A stretch of 64,000 nucleotides of DNA from Hyphochytrium catenoides (taxonomy: Eukaryota > Protista > Hyphochytriomycota): assembly GCA_900088475.1 (NCBI GenBank), contig FLMG01003587.1, positions 1 through 64,000 on the forward strand, in the 5' to 3' direction. The notes under the pieces were generated by a model. It ran no database searches. It was given only the letters and a program-made list of their open reading frames with translations, and was not told the origin of the DNA. How positions within the stretch are numbered: the stretch's first letter is position 1; each line of letters opens with the position of its first letter. This document shows, one piece after another, positions 41,201 to 53,300 of this stretch. Made by a program: the position numbers and the translations under genes.

Positions 41201-44200
41201 TGGGTTTGGTAATGAAGTCGACGATGACAAGACCACCCTTCCCTTCAAAACACTTCCCCCGAAGAAGCAGGCAGAGGTGTTTCGTGCAGGCAAAGGCAAA
41301 GGTGGAGCTGAGTCTCTTAGCAGAGCGAAGCTATCTTCATCCGGGATGTCACCCTTTTCCTCAAGCGTAAAAACGCCGATGGCTCGACAAGAACTTGATG
41401 CTGAAGGTGCAGTGGCAGCAGCAAACCAGCTACCCTCGCCTTTAAGGTACGACATCCAGAAAGGGATCAAAGGGTTAGAGGAGGAGTAGGTTGGAAGGGA
41501 ACCGGAGCCGTAAGAGATGGTGGCAGAGTAGTGGGTTGCACAGTGAGGTACAAACATCGCACAAAACTTAGACTACAGTGGGGTGATCCTCTTCGCGTAG
41601 TACCTCATGAAGACGGGGCCTCACAGTTGCTATGTAGGTCCAGCAGTATGGCTGAGGAAGATGATGAAGAAAGTGCTCTAGGACCTGACGGCGTGGGCAT
41701 AGTGGGCATCTGTACAGACATGTGTCCGGCAGATGAGAGAGAGAAAAGGAGCCGCACGGAGGAGTTGAGTGCCTTTGAAAGGGTAAGTTTAATGTGTCGC
41801 AGGCTCTTATTCGGCTGATTCAGACACATTGATGTCTTGATTAGGAACATCCCTCCATCCCTCTTTCTCTCAGAGAAATGGCTATCAAACGCTTTCAGCG
41901 TTCGTCAGCTGACCATAAGCTCAACATTCCCGAACACGTCCGTCCTCCCTCAACACTAAGGCGGACTCTAAGTTACATCGAGGATCATATCATCAGTAAA
42001 GACTTGGAGGGAGCAGACCCTCGCATTGTGGTTAGGGGCCCTGATGGCAGTCTATCCAGCCGCTCGCCGACACCCGTTGAGGTAAGTGCTTGACTACATA
42101 TCCTACGCTTCAGTTTGTTTTCTTTCAAGCCGCCCTTAATTGAGAAACCGAGTACTCCAGACTTAGCTTTCAGTCCCAAGTCTACCTCTATGCCTTCCTT
42201 CGATCGATTGAGCACATGATGCCCACTCTGTGCGCCAATCTAATGCAAACACGGCTGCACCCTCTTTCTCCAGGTGTATAACTTTGTTTGGGACCGGACT
42301 AGGATGATCCGTAAGGATCTTATCCTTCAGAATTTCCGGGCTGGGGGCCGACAGGACCAGGTGGCAACGGAAGTAGTTGAGCGGATAAGCCGCTATCACA
42401 TTATGATGGAGCATCAACTCTGTGAGGAAGAAACCTTTGGATCGCAGCAGAACATAGAGCAACTAGGACATGTAAGTGGAGATAGATATAACGTTGAGTT
42501 ATGAATAGGACAATGGAAACTACGATAGGGACTTTAGCAATCATAGTGAACGAACAAGAGAGTAAAAAGGCATAGGTGTTGGACTGAGGGGAAAGAAACG
42601 ATAACGCTTACTTCTTCGCTGTTGCAGGCTCTAAAGACGTTGAACGAGTTTTATGAGGAAGCCTACCGGCAGGGTCGGCCTGAGCTCTTTAGCGACTATG
42701 AGTCTGAATTTCGCTGCTACTACATCCTCCTGACTCTGCACAATGAGGGCGGATTGGACGTTATGAAGTATGTCAATGATCTCAGGCCGCAGGTCTTCAA
42801 GTCTAAGGAGGTACATAGCTTAAACTCCTATCTCCGATATCTCCCGTTCATACCGCTCCCTTCTTCTTCTGCTTATGAGACAATATCAGCTCCAAGGCTT
42901 CAGTGCATCGTGTACGATCCCGCTTTCTTAACCTTTGTCACTCCCTGACAGCTGCTCACATTTAACCTCCTAATGGTACTGCAGAACGCTTCTTTGGACT
43001 AAGTAACCCTCTGCTTCCATTCCCTTCTCCAGGTCCAGTTCGCGTTGGGAGTCTTCGCAGCTCGGAAAGTACGTAACTATGCATCTTTCTTTAACCAGCT
43101 TCGGAGAGCTACATATTTGCAAGCATGCTTGATGCACAAATACGTGAGAGAAATGAGGGAATACGCACTGCAAGTAATGAATAAGGCAATGAGAGAGGAC
43201 TTCCCTCTCTCTGCCATGGTCTCTTTGCTTTGTTTTGAAAACGAAGAAGACGCAATTGAGACATGCGAGATGCATGGCCTGTCAGTGAACTATGAAGCAC
43301 AGACGGTAGCTCTGGGGCCAAACAAGGCCAGGGGGAGGTTCATTACGATCAGGGAGATGGAGACCAAACCCAAAGCGAGGAGGATGGACCGCTGGATCGA
43401 GTCAAAGATGCAGAATTATACCAGGAGGGACATCTGTTTGGGTTTGGATCAAGAGAGAGGTAAGCACTCAATGAGTGGGCGAAAGTAATCTAGAATGCAA
43501 TGGAGCGGCCCAGAGGCGCTGCGATAGTAACACCAAGTAGGAGTATGGAAGGATAGGCTATTCAAGCCGCACTATTTGCCAGCACAACCTTTAGTTGCAG
43601 ACTGACCTAATTAAATTGGTACCAGATGGTGAACCGGTTGGCCCAAGCTCTGGAGATGCCACTCCTCCCTTCTCTGGCGAGCACGTGACTGTACTACCAC
43701 CGCCAAGAGAGAAAGCCAACGAGTCAGACTTGGCGGTGCTTAGGGCGCAAGAAGAACTGAGGGCTGCAGAAGCTCACGCAGCGGCAGAAGCTCGAGCAGC
43801 GGCAGAAGCTGCAAGAAGACAAGAAGAAGAGGCTAAGCGGAGAATGGAGAAAGAAGCTGCGGAAGCAGCGATACGAGAAAGGGAACGCATAGAGCAGGCC
43901 CGAAGGGAAGCCGAACTTATAGCTCGGCGTAGGGCAGAGGAAGAAGCCCAAAGAAGAGAGAAAGAGGAGGAAGCCAGGCGGGTGGCGGAGGAAAAAGCCA
44001 AAAGAGAGGCTGAGATACGACGCCTACAAGAAGAGAGGGAACGCCTCCAAAGAGAAGAGATGGAACGGAAGCGACTTAAGGCAGCGGAAGATGAAAAGCG
44101 ACGTCTCTTAGAGGAGGCCGAAGCCCGAAAGAAGGCTCAGGAACGGGAGGAAGAAGAAAGACGTCGCAAGGAGGAAAGTGAAAAGCAGAGAAGACTACAG

Positions 44201-47200
44201 CTCGAACACCAGCGACGCTTGGAGGAGGCTGATAGGAAGGTAAACGGTTGTTGAATATCCTCCATCTTTAGCAACGCTCAGCTAAATAGTCACCATTTCA
44301 ACCACATAGGAGAGGGAACATCGACTGGCGGCGCAACGAAAGAAGCAGGAAGAAAAAGAAAGGAGAAGGAAGGAGAAAACGAGGATTGCCGTTCAACGTT
44401 TTCGCTTTTACATCTGGAAGAAGTTTATGATATCCACTCACGAGAATAGAAGGCGACAGATTATCAGCTCGTTGAGCAGACTCGATGAAGTGGCCGAGAG
44501 CTCCATATTGAAGAGAAAGAGGTAGGTTAGCGTCTAGGGTGCATGAGACGTAAAGACCTAAGGGCCTTTGCAAGCAGATTCTTGGGTTCATACAAGCCAG
44601 TGGTAGAAAAACGTTCACGAAGAAGAGGGAGGAGTCTTCTGGGCATGGACATGAATCAGGTAAGCATGATCCAATCCAGCACCCGGTTTTGTCTCTCTCG
44701 CCCATAGCCGCCGTCGGGTGTTAGATCCATACGCCGTTTTTGCCACGGTCTCATCCTAAAGGTTTTTAGCTCTCGTGGCCAGTGTTGATCCATGCTCGGC
44801 TCCTTACGTCCTACTGGTTAGCGTGACTAGCAGGCTGTATCACTACCTTCCCGGTTGCTTTTGGTCTGTTTTCTCTTCCTTGTTCTTTCCACTTAAGTGC
44901 CGACGCTATGTTGGTTGCCGTTGGAGGAGGTTACCACTAGGGACTAAGGGCACCAGCACTCTGTGACAGATAACTAACGAGATGTTTTCCAGCTGTCCAC
45001 TGAGTTTATTGACTTGGGGACAGCGGTGCTGCCTATCCTAGAGAGGCGAGATTCGAGCTTTATCTACTGGAAGATGGTCTTCGTTAGAACCCAAGAAACG
45101 CGCCCCCTTCCGGCTACACTGCAGGACTACCTGAATAAAGCCTTCTTCCATGAATGTGAATTTGGCGGCTCAGGTCTATTTTCATGGTGGGTGCAGAAGA
45201 ACCTAGAGGAGACCGACGCAAGCAATAGCTACAGACTGGTAGCTGTACGCTCCCTCTCATCGGAGGAGGGCACTACGGAGGCGATTCAAGGCTCGTCATG
45301 TCTCTTCCTTCCTCTGGTGGTAGAACCCGGAACAGATTGGGGTAAATCAAGGGATGACTTGCGGCTCTTTCTAGATAGAGCCAAGCAGCCGCTAAAAGTA
45401 CTACTTCTCGTTGTGGAGGTCGAATCTGAAATCGGGGACCAAAGCTGGATCGGGAGGCCCGAGGTAGAGGAACGCTGTCTTTTATGACATTCTCGACCAT
45501 GCTTTCTAAAAGTTCAGACGGTTCCCCACCAGATGAACCAGAAGTACGAACACCTTACCGATATGTTCCAATTCTTCGACGTGGTCGATGCAGGTGCTTC
45601 AAAGGTTAGCGTTGGCCAGTCTTCCAGAGAACAACGTTGTCCTTCGACATGTCTGTCTAAGAAGAGGCGAAGATGGAACTCTGCTGACATCCACTCTTCC
45701 CCAAAATATAAGGAGCGCGGTAGAGGATGGTGCCGCGGAAGTATCTACCTTGCAGGAAATGGACATACCAACCCCGCTCTCCTGCAGCAACTTACTTGAT
45801 CTTGTAGAAGATCTGACGCATACAGCTCTCTGGGAAGACGGCGCTTGCAGGTAAACTCTTCTTTCGAGGATGGAGTTTCTCTGCAAACTAGCTGTCCTTG
45901 CTCTGCAGTCTGCACTTGCAACCTCGTCCTTGGCATTCATTGTCTCAAGCCTCTTTTTCCGCCTCCACTTGCCCCTCAGACATACTTCTTTGTTGCCTTA
46001 ACGTTTGGGATCGGGTAAACCCTAAATGCTTCTGCCCTTGCGTAGGTCGGCTGGGGAATGCGTAAGGCGGTTCAACGACGTAGTCCACAAGGTGTTGAAG
46101 CGAGCAACTCACAGCAGCCTTCGCCAAATTGCTTGGCCTCCTCCCGAAGAAGAGGTGTCGCTTATTCGTACGCTTGTCCCACAGGAACAGGTAACCATAC
46201 CCAGCAATCCAGAAAGAGATGGGCCATGGTCAAAGAACTCACCTTGCACTTTATATTAGCAATGGGAAGGGATTTTCACTCCCGATGGATGGAACTCTGA
46301 AGTTACCTTCAGCATCCTCCACGAAGCCCTCTCTGCCATGATACTCCCTTCATTTCCTTCAGGTAAGGACTCCGTGCCATCGATTCCCTTACTTGCATGC
46401 GTTGATTCTGTCACGATCTCCGTTCCAATTCACAGTCCACATTAAGGAAGAAGGACCTCTGGGTTGGCTTAGTGCAGCTAAGGAAGCCTCTCTTTCTTAT
46501 GCCAACAAAATCAGTGCCAACGAAGGACGGGCGCAACATCTGATCCGAGGTGTGAACTCGGCCTACCGCACAACTGAGGCATGGCTCAAAGCTACTCAGC
46601 AGGTCGATGTGTCCAGTTGGTCAGGTATAGGAGACCTGTACATGTTGTCCAATCCTTTCTCTACTATTGGAACCTATCAGCATCGTGTTATTTTGCTAAT
46701 CAGAGCCTTTATCTTCTCTCTACTCATTGGGGTTTCTCCACATTTCTCTTAGACACCAATAAGGACGACATCATTCCGTGGAAGAAGCTCTTCGATTTGT
46801 TCTACGCAGAGAGACTCATAGTTCTCCGCGAACACCTGCATCGCCACCACCACTCAGGCTTCATCTTCCATCGTTCTACGACGTTCTCCTCTCTGTGGAT
46901 CCCGAGCAGCCCAATGCGAAGAAACGCTGGACGACCCGAATATCGCGTAGCTCCTTTATTGTCGCTGAGGTGAGAAGTTTGTGTTATTCTCATGCTCAAT
47001 GCTTTCGCTTTACCTTCAATCCAGGTCTCTCGGCAGATTCGACTCTTTCCAATAAGTCCCTCAGACCGCCTTCTGCTCTCTCCTGCAGCCCTCCACCTTC
47101 AGCTCCAGAACCTGCAAAGACTGCAGCGAGTATAGCTATTGAGCGGCTTGAGGCTCAGACAGACAGCGTGAAGATAGCAGAACATCACCAAGATGCCATC

Positions 47201-47519
47201 TCTCGCCTTCTGGATGCCGTGAAGGAAGAAAAAGAAGAACAGGACTACATGGAGAGCTTTCTTGCTCCGGATGTGTTAACTGAACTCATTCCATCCAGTA
47301 CGCATGACACTTCCCCTCTTAGACCCAAGAGAAGAGGGGGAGAGACGAATAGTGCAAGTGTGTCTTCTCTTTTGAGGAGCCTTCGAGAGGCAAAGGATGA
47401 GATGAAGCACTTTGAAAAGGTATATTTCTCGGTGGCCAGGACTGCTAAAGTTTGATAAGCTAAGTCTCTCTCTCTCCCTCTCTATGCCACAGGTACTCCA
47501 TCGGGCCTTAGAACTATAG
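38237..47519 (+). CDS. MCM3AP: SAC3/GANP (TREX-2 scaffold): FG-repeat N-terminus, RRM, SAC3 domain, coiled coil, GANP-type C-terminus
   Basis: About 500 aa of SPFG/xxFG repeats. RRM (VYVNHCPAE...FKRIGQIDQI...AIVKFQ). SAC3 motifs GICTDMCP..ER, KRFQRSSA, VRPPSTL, YNFVWDRTRMIRKDLILQN, ERISRYHI, ESEFRCYYIL, YLQACLMH. C-terminal IYWKMV, IAWPPPE, IPWKKLF. Last exon VLHRALEL* with TAG at 47517-47519. Confidence 0.92.
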
Positions 47520-47767
47520 GTAGGCTGTAGCCATTGCTAGAACGACATCATTCACATTGTCGTGACCCCTGACACAAAGCCATCAGCGGAGCACTGCCAA
47601 GTAGTCTGCCTTCCTACGGCGAGGTGGGAGGTTGCGTGCGCCAGGGACTGTAGATAGGTCCAGTCAATAGCGTTCATATTTATTTTAGGATAAACAGAGA
47701 TCAATTCCTCTCAGTTGTAGGCTTCACCCGAGCCTGTATCTTCCATCCCTCATGTGCTTGAGGATCA

Positions 47768-48893
47768 TCAAATTCTCGTCCCGAGCGTTATTCCCTGTCT
47801 ATTAAATCCTTTTTGTAGGATTTGGACATGCAGATGGACGACTCCCCCGGTCTCTGTCTGGAAGCCGAAGCGGTTGCTCGGCATGTAAACCGCTGTTGGA
47901 TCTTGAAGCACCGGGGGAATGCCTAAGAAACTTGCTGTGCAGCACGCCTCAGGTTAGCCGGGCCAATGATAAACTCAAACCAGTTGGACGCAAACCAGTC
48001 AAAGCGCACAGAAATCAAATCAAAAGTAGAGCTTTAAATATCTACAGGACTGACTACCTTGGAGCTGTTGAGCGAAGCTGCCCTTTGGCCTCCAAGTCAC
48101 GACCTCAAGGTCATGCCAGCCGCTGGTAGTTGGAAGATGGCAAAAGCCGTAGCCCACTGCAGTATAAGACGAGGAAAGCTTCAGTCCGCGTGCAGATGGA
48201 AGGCATGCGTTAAGTTTGGATGGAAACAATAGATTCAACATCGGCCTTCAGTGTTTGTCATAGCCAAGTGGGAATAGAAAGTATCTGTGCCGAAGAGCTA
48301 CCGATAGTGTTCCGTGAGTACTCATCCTGGCTCCAAACCTATACATGGGCTTAGTGTACGCGTTGTGCCTAAAGGTCGCAAGAACTCCATACCTCTACGT
48401 AAAGCTTCGGCCAGCCTCGGACAGAGTTGCAACCAAAGAAGAGGTCTATTGGACTGGACCATACAGTCTCACAACCGCTGGCGTCTGGGGTCAGCTCCGC
48501 ATAGCCGGAGTTCTATATGTACGCGGATATCGAAGGCAAGGAGAAGGACAGCTATTTAGGGATGATGTACTAATGCAGCCTGAATAGAAAGGGTAAGGAG
48601 GAATAGGATCATACCCCTCCTATGTCAACGTGTGAGCTTCCGGTGAGGTCGCCACTAATCAGCGTCCAGTGACTTGAACCAGAGATAAACTTCCAGCGGC
48701 AGAATAGGTTCCTCTCCTGGAACTGGGATGCCCCTAGGATCTCCCCTATGATATGCACTGCGTCGGACCAATAACAGCAATTAGACCTTTAGCCTTGCAA
48801 CAGTCAGACGAGCATTAAGATAGCCATGAACAGAGGAAGAACGTTGGGATTAGTCTCATTGATCATGTTAACACAAAGCTTACCTTCAGGCAT
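47768..48893 (-). CDS. B9D2: B9 domain-containing protein 2 (ciliary transition-zone MKS complex), 6 exons
   Basis: Spliced: MPE|VHIIGEILGASQFQERNLFCRWKF...GSSHVDIGG|NSG...VWSSPIDLFFGCNSVRGWPKLYVE|VWSQDEYSRNTI|VGYGFCHLPTTSGWHDLEVVTWRPKGS...|ASFLGIPPVLQD...RFGFQTETGGVVHL...GFNRQGI. All introns are GT-AG. Confidence 0.93.
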
Positions 48894-49116
48894 CTTACAC
48901 TGGTCTCAGCCTTGCCCTATAATAGACGAACTTCCTAGCCCCTGATTTTAGACATAGCTAGACGCACTCCCATTTCTTTGAGGTCTGAACCTCGAAAACA
49001 CTTTTGCGAGCGGAGACCCTACCCTTAGCAGAATTTATACCTCTTCTCACATTAAGAACCTAAGCCATATGTTGCGCGCAGTGGTAGTCAAAGTTGCAGC
49101 GTCTGCGAGCCCATAA

Positions 49117-50234
49117 ATGATAAGAGGTTTCTGTTGGTGGCACAGCCCAATAGAGGCAGGCCGCTTGCCGCACTGCTTGGTCCTTCAACCTTCAACTTCC
49201 GTCTTCCTCTCCACTCGCAGCTCTCCACTGGCCGACGCTGTGGGGCGTTATTGTAACCCTTCAGAATCGCTCCTCTGCACCGCCAGCTACACCAGCAAGA
49301 ACCGCACAAACTACACAGGTCGACTAACAACATACACACAGAATTCTGATAGTAGCCATTACCGGCTATCGAGCAAAACAGTAGTAACGGAGATGAGGAT
49401 GTCATGTCTGATGAGATGAGCGCGTTCCTACGTCTGGGATCCACGATCGCTGGGCTCTGGGGTCGCTGGAGGCTTTTCAAAGGGACCTAAGCAAGAGCTC
49501 TGAGAAGGCTAAGCTCGGTGTAAAGAATAGCGGCGCCTCCGGCTGTACTCGTAGGGCCCAGAGCAGTAGATGTCCCCTCGACGAGAGCACTTTATGCCAT
49601 TGACTCGCAGTCCCACAACCACCCAACCACCCGCGGTCGGTAAGTGGCTCTTTGCTCCGTGGAAAGAGATAAGATACTTTAAAGGTCAAGTTCAACACGG
49701 GGCTCACAAAGATCTTCATAGTTGAACGTGGTCGTAACTTATCCCAGTGGCAAGCAGTAGGTCGGCTAAAGAAGTTGGGAACGAAGTTATGCAAGTATGG
49801 TAGAGCAGCGCATAGAAGACGTTATGGCTTTCCGTAAGCCAAGGCAGGCGAGGGCCTTACGACAACAGAGAGGTGACCAAGATGTAGGTTCTTCAGCCCG
49901 CCGACAGAGCACTGGGAAATGTCGAAAGGAAGATCTTGGTCCTAGCGAGCCCGACTTGTGAGGGTGAATGCGTAGTGGGAACTTGACGGTGGTAAGAAAG
50001 ATAGGAATGCGAGAGAGTACAATCAGCTAGTGCATGATCGGACGATCGTTCCATTTTGACCCCATCGGGGACTGCTCGTCTCACGCAGGAAGTGCTACAG
50101 TCCCATCCAGAGCTCCCATTTGAGCATAAGAGCGGTACCTAGTGAGTTATTTTGGTCGGAGTGGGCCCCGCTTCATAGCTGTTGTTGTCCTAAATGTTCA
50201 ATGGAAGAAACTACGAACAAAACGTATGAATAAA
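49117..50234 (+). other. Possible orphan plus-strand transcription unit
   Basis: Plus-strand splice-like sites (AGAG|GTTTCT, ctcgcag|, CG|GTAAGT, CC|GTAAGC, GTG|GTAAGA) and a plus-strand AATAAA at 50229, lying between two minus-strand genes. No convincing protein was assembled. Confidence 0.3.
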
Positions 50235-50371
50235 TAGTGTTAAGGGAAAGAAATGCCTCCGCATCCTGACTATGGCAAGATGCGTCCAGGTCAAGGCTTT
50301 TTACTCAGCGCAAGGTGGAAAAAGCAAAAGAGTGGGTTAGCAAGAAAAAAACGGGAGACACGCAAGACCAG

Positions 50372-53300
50372 TTAATGCATGCTGAAGAGGTTGAAGACAA
50401 CAATGGGAACAGAGAGCTCTCGACGCACTTCCGCCACCACGCTAAAAATCCACTGTTCTGGGTAGAAAGAGGTCTCGGAGTGCATGGAGGATGAGCTGTC
50501 CAGAAGCGACGCAACAATCTTCTCTATGGCGGGAGTATCCGACGCCCTCCGGCGATGGGTGGGAGATGGTTTAGGGCTGTCCCGTTCTCTCTCCACGACA
50601 TCTTCTTTCCCTTTCAGCGGCCTCCCACTGACTCTTTCATATATGCGCCTGTACTGAATCTTAAGGACCTTAAATACTGCTTGGATGGAGCCGTTGGGCA
50701 CGAAAAGTAGCACGCAATCGGGCCGATAAGTCATCAGATGGTAGACATAAGGTGAGGGGTCTACCAAATCCGCGAAGGTGAGAAGGACAACCGGAAAAAG
50801 AGAGAGAGAAGCCTGAATCTGTCGGTCCAAGCTTAAGAGATCGTCCTTGGGGCTCCGCTTTTTCTCCTGAACCCTTCCTCTCTCTCCTGTCCCAGAAGTC
50901 TTGGACACGTCAATAAAGTGTAACATTCTGTCCCTTGCTAGTTCTGTTCCAAAAATGCCCTTTTGCATCACCAATTGAGAAGTGTAAGGGAAGACAGAGG
51001 GACCAACTGAGCTCACAGAGACCGAATAACGATCAATCGAGCATTCCGAAAATGGGAAGAGCTCTAAGGCTGAGGTTAAGCGATGCTGTCTAACTTCTTG
51101 GGAACTCTCTCCGCCCAGAAGGCTTTCCTGAAGGTTAGGCCTTCGCTGCGCTTCGTCGGCGCAGAGAGCGTGATAAGAAGGGAAACGAATAGTAGACGCT
51201 GACTCGTGGAGTCGTCGGGCTGGTGAGGAGAGCCAACGAGCAAGAGAGAGCAGCGAAGAGCAGCGGCTGAGCTCTATGGAGCCGCCATCTAGCATCGTTT
51301 CCCATGGAAAAGCCCCTAGTTGAGGGCTGCAGATCAGTGGAATTGCTCTCCCCTGACTTCTGCTAACACCGGCCTCCCGAAACACCTTCCATCTCTTCTT
51401 CCTAGCGTTAAGCTTGCCTAGCACCTTGCTCAGCGGAGCTGGGACCTCCTTCAGAGAAAAGCTCCTGCGGGAACGCACAGGAATGCCCTCGGTATCGTCT
51501 CCCGGTGTCTCGATTAGATTGTTATTGAGCTTTTCTTCGGTCTCTGCCATTATCTTTCCCCCATCGTCCGTTCCTGTTCTTCCTCTCGTTTCCTCGAAGG
51601 CTTCAAGGCTGTCACCGCCGGTGGTTGCGAGTTGATCTATCACAGTGAAGAACAGTAGAGGTGCTCGAAAGAGTGAGTTGAGTCTGCCTTCTACGTAGGC
51701 TTTTCTAGCCCTTACGCCTCCACCCCATGATGACTTCTTTGAGAGACAGGCATCCCGCATAAAGTGTCTTAGTACTTCTATCCCTTCGCGGGGGACGTCA
51801 TACATATCGGAGCCCCTCCTCAATTCCCCCCCGTTCTCCCTTAGTCGCTGCTGAGGGCTCCGTGGAGGCAAAGGAGAAAGACGCCCAGATGTTTCTTGGA
51901 GCAGGTCGTCCATTGGAGAAGGCTCATCAGCCCCGAGCTGATCAGAAGGAGATCCGTCTACCGTCCTGACTCCCTGGCTTCCTTCTCCTTCTGTGACTAG
52001 TAGATTCTTCCATCCTTGAGGAAGCCTAAGGTATTTCGCCCTCTCGTCAGAGTCAGACGAGAAAAAGTCGATTATTCTCTGTGAGAGCATAGAACCGGAG
52101 AATGGAGAGTAGAGAACGACGAACCCGTCAAAAGTGATAGCATAAGAGAGCCGAGAAAGGAGAGAGAAGTCTTCTCTATCTTCTCCTCTACTCTCCTTTG
52201 TGTCGAAGAACGACAGTAATAGAGGTAACATCGAGGGTGGAGACAGGGCTTCCTCCTCAGAGATCAGAGACAACCTCTCCATGAAAGTGTGAATGTTCCT
52301 AATGGTCTGCAGAAGAGCGAGCCAAGTGGACAGAATGTCAAAAGCCTTTTATTGGCGGCGAGGCAGGACGGTCGACTCAGACCTACATAACCCTAGAAAA
52401 ACTGTAAACTCAAAGCCCTAGAGAGCAAAGCAGAAGGGTTGTGCAATGAAGATCGGAGAGGGACCTACCCTGAAAGAGCATCTCACGCTCTCACTGTTTC
52501 CAGAGTCTCTGTGGCTTATGATCCCGGCGCGCGAGAGTTCTTTTGAAATTTTCACCACTAGTCTCTCATTCGAGCTGGTTGCATCCTTTACTTCGTCGCG
52601 GCTATCTCTTCTGCTGGGTGAGGGTGAGCCTTCGACGCTCCGTCCACTCTCCTGCTTTTTAGAGCACATCGGTGGCACTTGCAGATTAGTGGGCGGAAGA
52701 TAGAAATCTATGGGAGAATCTAAGTAGTGGTGGTAGGTCCTGAATATGCAGGGCAGATGTCACAACCCTATTTTCCAGGAAGATGTCGGAGGCCATAGTG
52801 CAAGCAATCTAGTGGTTCATTTAGTCAAGTCGTACCAGGATGGATGAGTTTAGCACCGACGGATCCGGAGCTATGGGAGGATATGTTCCTGAGCGTCCAC
52901 GAACCGGGACAGCTGGCTGGTCCCTAAGAATCAGTCTGAGCGTTATATCTCCAATATTTCCGTCAACTTGACGCACAGGACTTGAATGACAAGTAGGGGA
53001 GGACAGAAAACGAACGCAAGGCAATGATAAAGACGGTGTTGTTGATGAAAAGACAGACCTGCGGAAGCTGAGGAGAGGGTTTCCCGTGTCACTCTTGTTT
53101 CTTCTATGTGTTGGCCCTGGGCCACTCTGGGGGGGATAAGGTGTATTGTGCGCAGCAAGAGAAGATCGACGGATTGAAGCTGGAGAGAGAGGAAGGGGAG
53201 GTGGAGGAGAAGAAATGCTGCCCAGGGTAGATGAGCTCTCTAGCCAAGCCTGAGCGCTCGAGACGCCTCCCAGTGCCTCCATATGGTCAGAACAGCTATA

